A stretch of 64,000 bases of DNA from Chthoniobacterales bacterium (GCA_038207335.1 JBBQZX010000001.1:355873-419872), one strand, 5' to 3'. Counted from the stretch's first letter, positions 9,780-20,907 are shown. The notes: generated from the letters alone by a model not told the origin. Made by a program: numbers and translations.

Positions 9780-12767
9780 ATGAGCCCCCGCATTTTTCCA
9801 GTCGCCGCACTCTTCATAATCCACGGCTCGGCCTTCGCCGCAGCGACCGCGGATTTGCCGAAAGAGCAGCTCGATTTTTTCGAGAAAAAGGTGCGGCCGA
9901 TCCTCGTGGAGAATTGCTACAAGTGCCACAGCACCGAGAAGGGAAAGGCGAAAGGCGACCTTACGCTCGACACGCGCGACGCGGTTTTGAAGGGCGGTAA
10001 AAATGGCGCGGCAGTCGTCCCCGGCGACCCGGCGAAAAGCCTGCTCGTCACCGCGATCAATTACGAAGACGCCGATCTTCAAATGCCGCCGAAAGGCGAG
10101 AAACTCACTGCTGCGCAGATCGCCGATCTCACCGAGTGGGTGAAAATGGGCGCGCCCGATCCGCGGCTCGATGCGAAGAAAATCGGCTCGGGAAAACTCT
10201 CCGGCCTCACCGACAAAGCGCGGCAGCATTGGGCTTATCAGCCGGTCAAAAAGCCCGCCATTCCCCTTACGAAAAACCCGCAGTGGTGCCGCACGCCGGT
10301 TGATGCGTTCATTTTACAAAAGCTCGACGCGAAGAACATGGTGCCCTCGCCGGACGCCGACAAAGAAGCGCTCCTGCGCCGAGCGACCTATGATCTTCTC
10401 GGACTCCCTCCGACGCCGCAGGAGGTCAATGCCTTCCTTGCCGACAAGTCGCCGAATGCCTTCGCGAAAGTCGTCGATCGCCTGCTGGCATCGCCACACT
10501 ACGGCGAGCGCTGGGGCCGATTCTGGCTCGATACCGCGCGCTACGCCGACACGGCGGGCGGACAGAAAAACGCGATCAAGGACGGCGAGTATCGTTTCCC
10601 GTATGCGTGGACGTATCGCGATTACGTCATCAAGGCCTTCAACGACGACAAGCCATACGACAAATTCATCGTCGAGCAGCTTGCCGCCGACAAACTGCCG
10701 GATATTGCAAAAGACAAGACCCGGCTTGCAGCGCTTGGATTCATTACGGTCGGCGAGCGGTTCAAGAATCCCAACGACATCATCAACGACCGTATTGACG
10801 TCGTGACCAAAGGCTTCCTCGGCATGACGGTCACGTGCGCGCGGTGCCACGATCACATGTTCGATCCGATTCCCACGAAGGATTACTACGCGCTCCACGG
10901 CATCTTTAACTCGACGCTCGAACCGAAGGACAAGCCACTCCTCAACGACACCACTGCGGCGCAGCAGGCTGATTTTCAGCAAAAGCTCGCGGCCTTGGAA
11001 CAGGAAAACCGCGACGGCTATTACAAGTTCATCGAGCGCACGCTCGGCTCGGTGCAGAACCGCATGAGCGGCTTCCTGCAGGTCGGTCAGTATGGCGGGA
11101 AAAAGCAGAACGACGCTGAAATGATCAAGGCCCGCAATGAGCTGATGGCGAAGCTGAAATTCGACAAGCAGGACCGGCAGCTCATCCAGATGGTCACTCG
11201 CGGCTCGAGAGAACACGAATCTGTCTTTGGCCCGTTCCGCATGTTCATGAACCTGGACGACTCCGACTTCTCCGAAAAAGCGCCCGCGCTCGCAGCGAGG
11301 ATCGCCGCGAATTCGGAGATGAAACGGCACATCAATCCGATCGTTGCCGCGGCGTTCAAAGACGCCTCGATTTCGTCGATTACGGATGTCGCCGACATCT
11401 ACGGACGCCTTTTTACCTCACTCGCGCCGAAGCGTGCGGCCTATATCAAAGCCTGCTCTGAAGCCACTTCCGGTCCGGTCACCGGATTCGACCGCGATCT
11501 GGTGGAGATCATCGAGAGCCCGCTCGATATCCTCCCCGCATCGGAACTCGACAGCACGGCGATCCGCGAATTCGCGAAGAAACTGCCGAACCAGATCGGC
11601 TACGGCGCGACCTTTTCCTCCGCGAAAATCAACGAGCTCGAACTCACCCACCCCGGCGCACCTGCGCGCGCCATGCTCGTGGCCGACGCGCCGCGTGTGA
11701 AAGATTCGAACGTCTTCATCCGTGGCCAGGCTGACGTTCGGGGAGATTTGGTGCCACGCCATTTTCTCGAAATCCTCTCCGGTGGAAAGCCGGAGCCTTT
11801 CAAAGACGGCAGCGGACGTCTCGAGCTGGCAAACGCCATCGCCAGCAAATCGAATCCGCTCACCGCGCGCGTCATCGTGAACCGCGTCTGGATGCACCAT
11901 TTCGGCGAGGGCTTCGTCTCTACGCCGGACGATCTCGGCACACAGAGCGAGCCGCCGAGCCACCCGGAGCTGCTCGATTATCTCTCCAGCTATTTCATGG
12001 ATAATGGGTGGTCTTTCAAAAAGCTGCACAAGCTCATCATGCTCTCGCGCGTCTATCAGGAGAGCACGCGCACGCTGCCGGAATACGAGACGATTGACCC
12101 GAACAACCGCATGCTCTGGCGCGCGAATATCCGCCGGCTCGACTTCGAGTCCACGCGCGATTCGCTGCTCGTCTTCAGCGGCAAACTCGACGGCACCATC
12201 GGCGGCAAGCCGATCAATCTCACCGAGGAGCCCTACAGCTACCGCCGCAGCGTCTATGGCTACATCGACCGCGGAAATCTGCCCGACATCATGTCGAATT
12301 TCGACTTCAGCGACCCCGACATGCCGAACTCGAAACGAGCCTCCACCATCGTACCGCAGCAGGCGCTTTTCCTGATGAATAGCGCGATGTCCGTCGATGT
12401 CGCACGCAACGTGATCACCCGCGACGAGGTCGCGAACGCACCGAACAACCTCTCCCGCGTCTTCGCGATTTACCGCGTGATATTCCAGCGCACGCCAAAG
12501 CCCGAGGAGATTCAGCTCGCGCTGCAATTCGTCGGCAGCGAGGTGAAATCGCAGCCGGGAATCCAGGAGGAATCCGAGTCCCCCGCCGCGCAGAAGACCG
12601 CGAACCGGCAGAAAGCGCGGGTGGCAAACGCCAAAAAGCAGGGCCGGCAAAGCGCAACGCGCCCGATCCAAAACGAGGGCGACATGGTCGAGCGCAAGCC
12701 GCTCACGCCGTGGGAAACCTACGCCCAAGCGCTCCTGCTCTCGAACGAGTCGGCCTACGTGAACTGA
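9780..12767 (+). CDS. Planctomycete cytochrome c + DUF1549 + DUF1553 protein
   Basis: Signal peptide, CYKCH, WLDTARYADT, CARCHDH, NPLTARVIVNRVW, PSHPELLD. Confidence 0.93.
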   Translation: MSPRIFPVAALFIIHGSAFAAATADLPKEQLDFFEKKVRPILVENCYKCHSTEKGKAKGDLTLDTRDAVLKGGKNGAAVVPGDPAKSLLVTAINYEDADLQMPPKGEKLTAAQIADLTEWVKMGAPDPRLDAKKIGSGKLSGLTDKARQHWAYQPVKKPAIPLTKNPQWCRTPVDAFILQKLDAKNMVPSPDADKEALLRRATYDLLGLPPTPQEVNAFLADKSPNAFAKVVDRLLASPHYGERWGRFWLDTARYADTAGGQKNAIKDGEYRFPYAWTYRDYVIKAFNDDKPYDKFIVEQLAADKLPDIAKDKTRLAALGFITVGERFKNPNDIINDRIDVVTKGFLGMTVTCARCHDHMFDPIPTKDYYALHGIFNSTLEPKDKPLLNDTTAAQQADFQQKLAALEQENRDGYYKFIERTLGSVQNRMSGFLQVGQYGGKKQNDAEMIKARNELMAKLKFDKQDRQLIQMVTRGSREHESVFGPFRMFMNLDDSDFSEKAPALAARIAANSEMKRHINPIVAAAFKDASISSITDVADIYGRLFTSLAPKRAAYIKACSEATSGPVTGFDRDLVEIIESPLDILPASELDSTAIREFAKKLPNQIGYGATFSSAKINELELTHPGAPARAMLVADAPRVKDSNVFIRGQADVRGDLVPRHFLEILSGGKPEPFKDGSGRLELANAIASKSNPLTARVIVNRVWMHHFGEGFVSTPDDLGTQSEPPSHPELLDYLSSYFMDNGWSFKKLHKLIMLSRVYQESTRTLPEYETIDPNNRMLWRANIRRLDFESTRDSLLVFSGKLDGTIGGKPINLTEEPYSYRRSVYGYIDRGNLPDIMSNFDFSDPDMPNSKRASTIVPQQALFLMNSAMSVDVARNVITRDEVANAPNNLSRVFAIYRVIFQRTPKPEEIQLALQFVGSEVKSQPGIQEESESPAAQKTANRQKARVANAKKQGRQSATRPIQNEGDMVERKPLTPWETYAQALLLSNESAYVN

Positions 12768-13360
12768 AGCAGACCCATCGCCACAAGGCGGGCGAATGCG
12801 GCGAGCGTATTTGCGTCGCGAACCTCGTCGGTCGCGATCATTTCGCGGAGTTCGACGGGTGAAAATGCGCGGCAATCGGTAATCGCCTCCGCCTCGTCGT
12901 GCGCGTGGCCGTGCGGGCTCGGTTCGACAGGACGCGCGAAGATGAGATGGCTGTGCTCATCGGTGAAACCCGCGCTCGGGAAAAAATGCCCGAGCGAAAT
13001 CACCTCGCCGCCCGCCGCGAGTTCGTGCCCGCTCTCCTCGCGCAATTCCCGCAGTCCGGTCGCGCGAATCGCCGCCTCATCGTGCCCCGAGCTCTCGTCG
13101 ATTTGGCCGGCGGGGAATTCCCAGATCGTCGCCCGAATCGGCACCCGCTCTTGGCGCACGAGCAGGAACTTTCCCTCCGCCGTCATCGGCGCCACCACGA
13201 CCGCGCCTTTCCGATGCGCGACCGTCCATTCAAAAGGCTCCGAGCGCGCCGGAGACGTGACCTTCACTCCATGCACCTCGAGGTAAGGATTCGCAAAAAG
13301 CGTCTCGTCCGAGACTGTCCGCCAGCCCTCGCGCGCGCGGATAAATTCGTGAAATGCCAT
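12755..13360 (-). CDS. NUDIX hydrolase (ADP-ribose pyrophosphatase-like)
   Basis: WEFPAGQID...RELREESG Nudix box. Confidence 0.9.
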   Translation of the reverse strand: MAFHEFIRAREGWRTVSDETLFANPYLEVHGVKVTSPARSEPFEWTVAHRKGAVVVAPMTAEGKFLLVRQERVPIRATIWEFPAGQIDESSGHDEAAIRATGLRELREESGHELAAGGEVISLGHFFPSAGFTDEHSHLIFARPVEPSPHGHAHDEAEAITDCRAFSPVELREMIATDEVRDANTLAAFARLVAMGLLQFT

Positions 13361-13589
13361 CTAGCAAATGGACGCCAAACCCCCGCCGCTTGGCAAGCAG
13401 CCGAGCAATCCGTCGCGATTCGAAAGCCCCCCGCCCTCCCAGGGCATGCCGGGATCGGCGCTCCCGCCGCCGCGCCTCATCTCCCGCGCACCGTCTATTC
13501 CAAAAGCGCCGCGCTTCGCAGCCCATCCGCACGCGAAACCGCACTCCGGTGCCGATCGGATGATAATCACACCCTCCCACTATGTGCGA

Positions 13590-13648
13590 CCCAGGGTAGC
13601 TCGCAGATCGCAACCCTGGGCTGGATGATGGAACGCCGTTGGCGTTCC
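13590..13648. repeat. REP-like double hairpin
   Basis: CCCAGGGT(13590-97)/ACCCTGGG(13613-20) and GGAACGCC-GTT-GGCGTTCC(13630-48). Confidence 0.7.
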
Positions 13649-13718
13649 CACTCGGCGAGCGGGCAGGGCGAGCGACGGCGTGCGGCATTTTTCGTAGGCC
13701 GGGTTGCAAGGGGTTTGC

Positions 13719-13958
13719 TTAGAACCACCATCCCCATTTCGAGAGCCACTCGATCAACTTCAACCAGTAGCGGTCGCCGTATCACACCGCGAGGTAGGCG
13801 GAGGCGAGGGCGCTTAGGATGACCGCTGCCCGGAATGCTCCGGCGTGGTCGAACGTGTAATTGAGGAGGGCGAGAAAGGCGACGAGCGCACCGAAGACGA
13901 AGCCGCAACCGAAGCGGAGGCGCTTTTCAGAGACGTCGGGCTCGCGCTCTTTGGTCAT
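13719..13958 (-). pseudogene. Small 2-TM membrane protein interrupted by an in-frame TGA (not in the ORF track)
   Basis: Hand translation MTKERE...RFGCGFVFG...AYLAV*YGDRYWLKLIEWLSKWGWWF; TGA at 13782-13784; ATG 6 nt after the SDR stop. Confidence 0.65.
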
Positions 13959-13964
13959 CAAGGC

Positions 13965-15542
13965 TCACCAATCCGTCGGGACGTAGTCTTTGAGGAATTT
14001 GCCCCAGATGTGGGTGCCGGTGTTGAAGCCGGCGATGATGGGATCGACGATGCGGGAGGCGCCATCGACGATGTCGAGCGGGGGGTGGAAGCGGTGCTCG
14101 GCTTGTTTGCGGACGGCGATTTCGACGGGGTCTTCGTCGCTGACCCAGCCGGTATCGACGCTGTTCATGTGGATGCCGTCGGCGTGATATTCGGCGGCGG
14201 AGGTGCGCGTCATCATGTTGAGCGCGGCCTTTGTCATGTTGGTGTGCGGGTGGCGCGTGGTCTTGAATTTTCGATAGAACTGCCCTTCGACGGCGGAGAC
14301 GTTCACGATGTGTTTGTCGCGCTCGGGGGTGCGGAGCATGAGGGGCTTGAGGCGCGCGTTGAGGAGGAAGGGGGCGACGGCGTTAACGAGTTGGGTCTCG
14401 AGGAGCTCGACGGAGGAGACTTCGGAGAGGAGCAGGCGCCAGGAATTGCGGTCGCGCAGATCGACCTGCTGGAGGTCTTGGTCGAGCCGCCCGGCGGGGA
14501 AGAGGTGCTGCTGCGCGAGGCGTTCGTCGGGGAGGAGGGCGGTCTGGGAAAGGGCGGCGGCTTGCGTGAGGCCGGGTGCGCCGGGGACGGTGAGCGCAGC
14601 TTCGCCCTCGGGCAGGAGATGGTATCCGCGGAGGCCCTCGTAGGCGCCGAGGAGGTGCTGGACTTCGGGGCGCAGGGTGTGGAGGGCGGCGGTCTCGCCT
14701 TCCATCATGTGGGCGTAGAAGTCGGGCGGGCGGCGGACGGTCTGGCAGGCGTTGCTGATGATGAAGTCGAGGCGGTCCTCCGTGGCGAGGAGGTGGCGGC
14801 AGAAGGCCTCGACGCTCGGCGTGTGGCGCAGGTCGAGGCCGAAGATTTCGAGCCGATCGGACCATTCGGAGAAGTCCGCTTCCTGTGCGTATCGGGCGGC
14901 GGAGTCGCGGGGGAAACGTGTGGTGATGATGAGCTTTGCGCCCGCGCGGAGGAGCTTGATGCCGGCCTGGTATCCGATTTTCACCCGGCCGCCGGTGAGG
15001 AGAGCGACGCGGCCGCGGAGGTCGGCGGTCTCGGTGCGTTTGCGGAGATTCAGTTCGGCGCAGGTGGGGCAGAGCTGGTCGTAGAAGGGGTGGATGCGGG
15101 AGTAGTCGCGCTTGCAGATGTAGCAGTTCTGCGGCTCGAGCACGTCGCGGAAATCGGGATCGTTCTCGACTTCCTGCGGCTCGAGGAGGGGCGGGGGCGG
15201 GGGATTCGGCGTGGTGAAGACGGGCTTGCTGCGGAGGGCGCGGATGCCGGTCTCGGAGAGCACGGTTTCGTCGCGGACGCGCTTGTCGGACTTGCGCTGG
15301 CGGTTGCGGGCTTTCACGAGCCGCCGCCGCTCGGCGGGTTCGGGACAATAGACGTCGCCCGCCGCGCGCAGAAGCCGGGTGCGCTCTCCGATGGGGAGGG
15401 AAAGGATCAGCGTGCGATTGGCGGCGACGGCTTCGAGCAGGTCAGCGGCGTCGCGCAGACGCGCGGCGAGTTCGCGGATATCGGTGTCGCCGGCATCGAC
15501 TGCGGCGTGATCGGCGGATTCGGTGTGCGGCTTGGAAAGCAT
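13965..15542 (-). CDS. SDR-family oxidoreductase with N-terminal extension and CxxC...CxxC motif
   Basis: [47 protein letters not shown] and CPTC. Confidence 0.88.
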   Translation of the reverse strand: MLSKPHTESADHAAVDAGDTDIRELAARLRDAADLLEAVAANRTLILSLPIGERTRLLRAAGDVYCPEPAERRRLVKARNRQRKSDKRVRDETVLSETGIRALRSKPVFTTPNPPPPPLLEPQEVENDPDFRDVLEPQNCYICKRDYSRIHPFYDQLCPTCAELNLRKRTETADLRGRVALLTGGRVKIGYQAGIKLLRAGAKLIITTRFPRDSAARYAQEADFSEWSDRLEIFGLDLRHTPSVEAFCRHLLATEDRLDFIISNACQTVRRPPDFYAHMMEGETAALHTLRPEVQHLLGAYEGLRGYHLLPEGEAALTVPGAPGLTQAAALSQTALLPDERLAQQHLFPAGRLDQDLQQVDLRDRNSWRLLLSEVSSVELLETQLVNAVAPFLLNARLKPLMLRTPERDKHIVNVSAVEGQFYRKFKTTRHPHTNMTKAALNMMTRTSAAEYHADGIHMNSVDTGWVSDEDPVEIAVRKQAEHRFHPPLDIVDGASRIVDPIIAGFNTGTHIWGKFLKDYVPTDW

Positions 15543-15644
15543 TGCGGGGACAATAGCCGTGAGTGAAGTGCGGTCGAGGCGAAGCGGGCCGCAGCGCGCG
15601 ATCTGCGATTGTGTCGCGGGGAGAATTTTGCCAAGTGTCCCCGC

Positions 15645-16025
15645 ATGAAAGTCGCAACCATCATCGTCCGTGTCTTGCTCGGCCTCGCGTTCGTCGTGTT
15701 CGGGGCAAATATCTTTTTGCAATTCATCCCAATGCCAAAAGATGTGAAGCCGCCGCCGCTCGCGATCGACTTCAGTCGCGCGCTGATGGAGAGCCACTAC
15801 ATCCTAGTGGTCGGCGCACTGCAATTCATCGGCGGCGCACTTTTGCTCATCGGGCGCTTCGTGCCGCTCGGGCTGACACTGCTCGGGCCGGTCGTTGTGA
15901 ATATCGTGCTTTTCCACATCTTCCTCGACCCTTCGGGACTGCCGATTGCCGCCGTGTTTTCCGCGCTCACACTGTTTTTGCTGTGGAGCTACCGCTCGGC
16001 GTTTGCGGGCTTGGTGAGAGCGTGA
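15645..16025 (+). CDS. DoxX-family membrane protein
   Basis: Four hydrophobic helices; [12 protein letters not shown] and VNIVLFH. Confidence 0.8.
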   Translation: MKVATIIVRVLLGLAFVVFGANIFLQFIPMPKDVKPPPLAIDFSRALMESHYILVVGALQFIGGALLLIGRFVPLGLTLLGPVVVNIVLFHIFLDPSGLPIAAVFSALTLFLLWSYRSAFAGLVRA

Positions 16026-16028
16026 TTC

Positions 16029-17666
16029 TTATTGGCGGCGGCGGCCGGTGACTCCGAGCACGCCGAGGAGCGAGCGCGTGAGGGTGCCGGCGATATTTAC
16101 GGCGACGCTGCGGACGACGGATTTCGCGACGCTGCTGCCGAAGATCTCGCCGACGTAATTGCGCGCGGGTGCGGCCGGGCGCTGATACGGCACGCCGACG
16201 GGTTCGTCCGGGCGACCGAGTGCTTCGGCGAGTTTGGGATTGGGAGTCTCGGGCGATCCACCCGTCGCGCCGGGCGTGAAGGTGCGGCGTGCGGAGCCGC
16301 CGGATGGCGTGGCGGCGACGGTCGCGATTTTGCCGCCGAGGATCTCGTAGGCGCTTCGCGAGTCGATCGGCGTGTTGTATTTCTCCGCGATCGGCGAGGA
16401 GGCGACGAGCGCCTGAAGCTCGGCCTCGGTGAGCGGGCCCATGCGAGAACGCGGCGCGCAGAGGAGCGTCGCGGCGAGCGGGGTGGGGGAGCCGCGCTCA
16501 TCGAGCACAGTGACGAGCGCCTCTCCGATGCCGAGGTCGGTGAGCAACCTCTCGGTGTCGTAAAATGGCGTCTCGGGATAGTTCTCGGCGACGAGCTTAA
16601 TCGCCTTCCGATCCTTTGCAGTAAAGGCGCGGAGGGCGTGCTGGATTTTCATCCCGAGCTGCGCGAGCACGTCGTCCGGCACGTCCGTCGGGAGCTGCGT
16701 GCAAAAGAAAATGCCGATGCCTTTTGAGCGGATGAGCTTTATGACCGTGGTGATTTGATCGAGCAGCGACCGCTCCGCGCCGTCGAAAATTAAGTGCGCT
16801 TCGTCGATGAAAACGACGAGCTTCGGCTTCTCGACATCGCCGACTTCCGGGAGCGTCGCGTAGAGTTCCGCGAGGAGTTGGAGCATGAAACTGGAGAAAA
16901 GTTTCGGGCGGTCTTGCATTCCGGCGAGTCGGAGCAGCGAGATGACTCCAAAGCCATCGACGCAGCGGCAGAGGTCATCGACCTCGAACGACGGCTCGCC
17001 AAAAAACGTCTCCGCGCCCTGCGACTCGAGCTCGATAAGCTTTCGCAAAATCAGTCCGACCGATGCCGTCGGGATCAGCCCGTATTCCGCGCTCACGTCG
17101 GCCTTTGCCTCGCCCGTGATGTATTCGAGAACTTTCTTGAAGTCCTTCAGGTCTAGTAGCGGGAGGTGCTTGTCGTCGCAAAATTTATAGACGAGCGCGA
17201 CGAGGCTCGACTGTGTGTCATTCAGCCCGAGAACGCGGGAAAAGAGTGCCGGGCCGAACTCCAGAACCGTGGCTCGCAGCCGTGCGCCGGCCTCGTCGAG
17301 CAGCGTGAGAAACTCCACCGGATACGAGCCCGGTGCCCATTCGGAGCCGATCTTCGCGTGCCGCTCGGTGATTCCGGTCGACGAAGTTCCGGCAGCGCCG
17401 AGCCCGCTGAGGTCGCCTTTGATGTCCATCAAAAGCGTCGGGACGCCGGCCTCCGAGAGCTGCTCGGCGATCATCTGCAGCGTCTTCGTTTTGCCCGTGC
17501 CGGTCGCGCCGGAGATGAGCCCGTGGCGGTTCATCGTGCGCAGCGGCAGCCGCACCGGCGCTTCCGCGTGGGCGACGCCGTCCTTCATCGCAGCGCCGAG
17601 CAGCACCGCATCGCCCTTAAAAGCATAGCCTGCCTGCATGGTGGAAACGAAGTCGCGAAAATTCAT
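16029..17666 (-). CDS. DUF853 / HerA-like ATPase (YjgR family)
   Basis: NRHGLISGATGTGKTKT, DIKGDLSG, FIDEAH, IRSKG, QHALRAFT. Confidence 0.92.
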   Translation of the reverse strand: MNFRDFVSTMQAGYAFKGDAVLLGAAMKDGVAHAEAPVRLPLRTMNRHGLISGATGTGKTKTLQMIAEQLSEAGVPTLLMDIKGDLSGLGAAGTSSTGITERHAKIGSEWAPGSYPVEFLTLLDEAGARLRATVLEFGPALFSRVLGLNDTQSSLVALVYKFCDDKHLPLLDLKDFKKVLEYITGEAKADVSAEYGLIPTASVGLILRKLIELESQGAETFFGEPSFEVDDLCRCVDGFGVISLLRLAGMQDRPKLFSSFMLQLLAELYATLPEVGDVEKPKLVVFIDEAHLIFDGAERSLLDQITTVIKLIRSKGIGIFFCTQLPTDVPDDVLAQLGMKIQHALRAFTAKDRKAIKLVAENYPETPFYDTERLLTDLGIGEALVTVLDERGSPTPLAATLLCAPRSRMGPLTEAELQALVASSPIAEKYNTPIDSRSAYEILGGKIATVAATPSGGSARRTFTPGATGGSPETPNPKLAEALGRPDEPVGVPYQRPAAPARNYVGEIFGSSVAKSVVRSVAVNIAGTLTRSLLGVLGVTGRRRQ

Positions 17667-17778
17667 CTGCGCACTCTGCCCCGGTGCCGCGCGCCGGGCA
17701 AGATTCAGCGTCAACTCATCTCCACATCCGCGCCCTCTGCGGAATCCGCGGTCAAAACCCCATGCAACCCGGGAAATT

Positions 17779-17812
17779 AAAAACCCACCGCCGGTTACGA
17801 CGGTGGGTTTTT
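17779..17812 (-). terminator. Intrinsic terminator after the sigma factor (possibly bidirectional)
   Basis: AAAAACCCACCG...CGGTGGGTTTTT hairpin with T tracts on both strands. Confidence 0.8.
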
Positions 17813-17830
17813 GACCCGCATTCGGGGGAA

Positions 17831-18703
17831 TTACGCTTCTTCAAGCGTGGCGGGAATCAGGTGCGCGATCGGCCTTTCTTTTTTGGCCAATGCACGGCGC
17901 ATTTTCAAAATCGCGATGTTTTGGAGCTGGCGAATGCGCTCGCGAGTGACTCCGAACTTTTCGCCGACATCCTCGAGGGTCTTCGACTTCCCACCATCGA
18001 GTCCGAAGCGTGAGAAGATGATCTTTTTCTCCCGATCATCAAGAACGGAGAGCAGGTCGCCGACTTCGTCGCGAAGGTCTTGGTCACGCAGTTCTTCGAA
18101 CGGGTTCTGCGCGTCCACGTCGGAGACGAGTTCGCCGAATTCGGTCGCATTGTCGTCTCCGACCGGCGCGTCGAGCGACGCCGGGCGGATCGAAACCGTC
18201 TTGAGTTGCGAGACTTTGCTAGGAGAGATACCCACCTCCTCTGCGAGTTCCTCGTCGGTCGGTTCGCGTCCGAGCTCTTCGCTCATTTGGAGCGCTACGC
18301 GACGGATCTTCGAGATTTTGTCCACGAGATGCACCGGCAGGCGGATCGTCTTGCTCTGGTTTGCCAGCGCGCGCTTGATCGACTGCTTGATCCACCACGC
18401 GCCATACGTGCTGAATTTCGCGCCTTTCGTGGAGTCGAAACGCTCGACGCCTTTCATCAGCCCGATGTTCCCCTCAGAAATGAGGTCGAGCAACGGCATC
18501 CCGAGATTTGCGTAATCCTGCGCGATTTTAACGACGAGGCGCAGATTCGAACGCACCATGAGCGAGAATGCCTCGCGATCGCCTTTTTTGATTTTAGCGG
18601 CGAGTTCCACTTCCTGATCGGGGGTGAGCAGAGGAGTTTTTCCAATCTCGCGGAGGTAGATTTTGATTCCGGAGTCGGAGTCTTCGGCGGATTTGAAGTT
18701 CAT
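17831..18703 (-). CDS. RpoD/SigA-like sigma-70 factor without region 1.1
   Basis: YLREIG, NLRLVV, DLISEGNIGL, KFSTYGAWWI, TIRLPVH, TRERIRQ. Confidence 0.95.
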   Translation of the reverse strand: MNFKSAEDSDSGIKIYLREIGKTPLLTPDQEVELAAKIKKGDREAFSLMVRSNLRLVVKIAQDYANLGMPLLDLISEGNIGLMKGVERFDSTKGAKFSTYGAWWIKQSIKRALANQSKTIRLPVHLVDKISKIRRVALQMSEELGREPTDEELAEEVGISPSKVSQLKTVSIRPASLDAPVGDDNATEFGELVSDVDAQNPFEELRDQDLRDEVGDLLSVLDDREKKIIFSRFGLDGGKSKTLEDVGEKFGVTRERIRQLQNIAILKMRRALAKKERPIAHLIPATLEEA

Positions 18704-18898
18704 TTTTGGTGCTTTCTAGTTTCGCGGCCTGAAGATGATTCGGGGTTGCAAATCGCCTTGGCCGTGCTTTTGCAAAATATTTTATCAAAATGCGCCCACA
18801 GTAAAGGAAAATATTTTTTTCATTTCGCCATTTGTTCGTAAAGCGAGGCAATCTTGACTTCCGCTCGCTCGGCCTCCTACGCTCCGCGCCCTTCTTAT

Positions 18899-20887
18899 AT
18901 GACACTCAATCTCGACGCCCTTTCCCGTGCCTCAGACGAAGCGCGCGGCCTCGCCATGGACGCGGTCCATGCCTGCTCCTCCGGACACCTCGGCCTCCCA
19001 CTTGGCTGCGCGGAGATCGGTGCGGTCCTCTTCGGCCACGCCATGAACTACAATCCCGAGGACGGATGCTGGCTCAATCGCGACCGCTTCATCCTGAGTG
19101 CCGGGCACGGATCCATGTTCCTCTATGGCTGGCTGCACCTCGCCGGATACCCGCTGATCACTTTGGATCAGGTGAAAAAGTTCCGCGCGTTTGGGAGTCA
19201 CACTCCGGGGCATCCGGAGTCGTTTGAAACCGAGGGCGTAGAATGCACCACGGGGCCACTCGGGCAGGGCGTGGCGAACGCCGTCGGCATGGCGGTTTCG
19301 CAGAAAATGGCGGCGGCGCGTTTCAACACGGACGACTACAAGATTCTCGACAACCACATCATCTGCCTCGCGGGCGACGGCTGCCTGCAGGAGGGCGTCT
19401 CCGCCGAAGCGTCCGCTTTTGCTGCGCATTTTCACCTCGATAATCTCATCCTCATCTACGACTCCAACGACGTGACGCTCGACGCGATGGCAAAGGCCAC
19501 GCAAAGCGAGGACACGGCAAAGCGCTACGAGGCGTATGGCTGGGATGTGCAGACCGTCGATGGTAACGACATGACCGCTTTCCTCGGTGCGTTCGAGAAG
19601 GCGAAAGCAGCGAAGGGCAAGCCGCAATTCATCGTCGCGCGGACGCTGATCGGTAGAGGAATCCCCGAGGTCGCCGGCACGAGCAAAGCGCACGGTGAAG
19701 GCGGTGCGAAGTTTATCGATTCAGCGCGGAAAGGGCTCGGACTGCCTGATGAGCATTTCTTCGTTTCGGAAGAAACGCGCGTGTATTTCGCCGAGCACAA
19801 ACAGAAGCTCGTCGAGAAATACGAGACGTGGCTCCAGCGTTTTGAGGTGTGGAAGGCGGCGCATCCGGTGCGCGCAAAGGAACTCTCAGACGGGCTGGAG
19901 AATGTCGTGCCCAACGATCTAATGCTGCGCGTCCCGGCGTTCCCGTCGGATGCAAAAATTGCGACCCGCAAGGCCGGCAGCGACGTGCTGCAGCCGCTCG
20001 CCGCGGCCATGCCGTTGCTCATCAGCGGCAGCGCGGACTTGCACGGCTCCACGCTGAACTACATCAACTCCGACAAGGATTTCACGCCCGAGAATCCGAC
20101 GGGCCGAAACATCCGCTTTGGCATCCGCGAACACGCAATGGCGTCGATGCTGAACGGCTTTGCCTACGACGGCATCTTCCGTCCGAGCGGCGCGACGTTC
20201 CTCGTCTTCGCCGACTACGCCCGACCGGCAATCCGCCTCGCGGCGCTCTCGAAACTCCCGGTGATCTACATCTTCACCCACGACTCCGTCGGCGTCGGCG
20301 AAGACGGTCCCACGCACCAACCGGTCGAGACCGTCGCCGGCCTCCGCATCATCCCTCAGCTCGATGTCATCCGCCCCGCCGATCCCGAGGAAACCGCGGG
20401 CGCATTCGTCGCCGCGATCGAGCGCACAACCGGGCCAACACTCATCGCGCTCACGCGCCAAGCCGTGCCGATGTTGAATGAAATCTCGATGGAAACGCGG
20501 CGCCAAGGGGTGCAAAAAGGTGGCTACATCGCGATCCAAGAGACCGGTGAATTGAAGACGATCCTGCTGAGTTGCGGCAGCGAGTTGCAGCACGCGGTCG
20601 CCGCGGCGAAGCAACTCGGCGACGGCGTGCGCGTCGTCTCGATGCCGTGCTTCGAGCGGTTCGACGCGCAGGAGGCGGAATATCGTGAGTGCGTGTTGCC
20701 TCGCAGTTGCCGCCGTCGCGTGGCGATCGAAGCGGGCGTCTCCGACGTGTGGCACCGCTACGTCGGGCTCGATGGAAAAGTGATCGGCATCGACCGCTTC
20801 GGCCTCAGCGCGCCGGGGAACAAAGTGATGGAAGTCCTCGGCATCACCGCGCAGCACGTCGTCGACGCGGTGAAGTCACTCGGCTAA
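18899..20887 (+). CDS. tkt: Transketolase
   Basis: [50 protein letters not shown]. Confidence 0.97.
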   Translation: MTLNLDALSRASDEARGLAMDAVHACSSGHLGLPLGCAEIGAVLFGHAMNYNPEDGCWLNRDRFILSAGHGSMFLYGWLHLAGYPLITLDQVKKFRAFGSHTPGHPESFETEGVECTTGPLGQGVANAVGMAVSQKMAAARFNTDDYKILDNHIICLAGDGCLQEGVSAEASAFAAHFHLDNLILIYDSNDVTLDAMAKATQSEDTAKRYEAYGWDVQTVDGNDMTAFLGAFEKAKAAKGKPQFIVARTLIGRGIPEVAGTSKAHGEGGAKFIDSARKGLGLPDEHFFVSEETRVYFAEHKQKLVEKYETWLQRFEVWKAAHPVRAKELSDGLENVVPNDLMLRVPAFPSDAKIATRKAGSDVLQPLAAAMPLLISGSADLHGSTLNYINSDKDFTPENPTGRNIRFGIREHAMASMLNGFAYDGIFRPSGATFLVFADYARPAIRLAALSKLPVIYIFTHDSVGVGEDGPTHQPVETVAGLRIIPQLDVIRPADPEETAGAFVAAIERTTGPTLIALTRQAVPMLNEISMETRRQGVQKGGYIAIQETGELKTILLSCGSELQHAVAAAKQLGDGVRVVSMPCFERFDAQEAEYRECVLPRSCRRRVAIEAGVSDVWHRYVGLDGKVIGIDRFGLSAPGNKVMEVLGITAQHVVDAVKSLG

Positions 20888-20907
20888 AAAGTCCGCTTCC
20901 GATTTAG

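Noticed and set aside
13782..13784. Selenocysteine or alternative genetic code
   Set aside because: The context is not a redox motif, and many genes here end in TGA.
17726..17752. 9-bp periodic TCCGCG/TCTGCG/TCCGCG tract
   Set aside because: Only three short units in GC-rich DNA; too weak without a genome-wide count.
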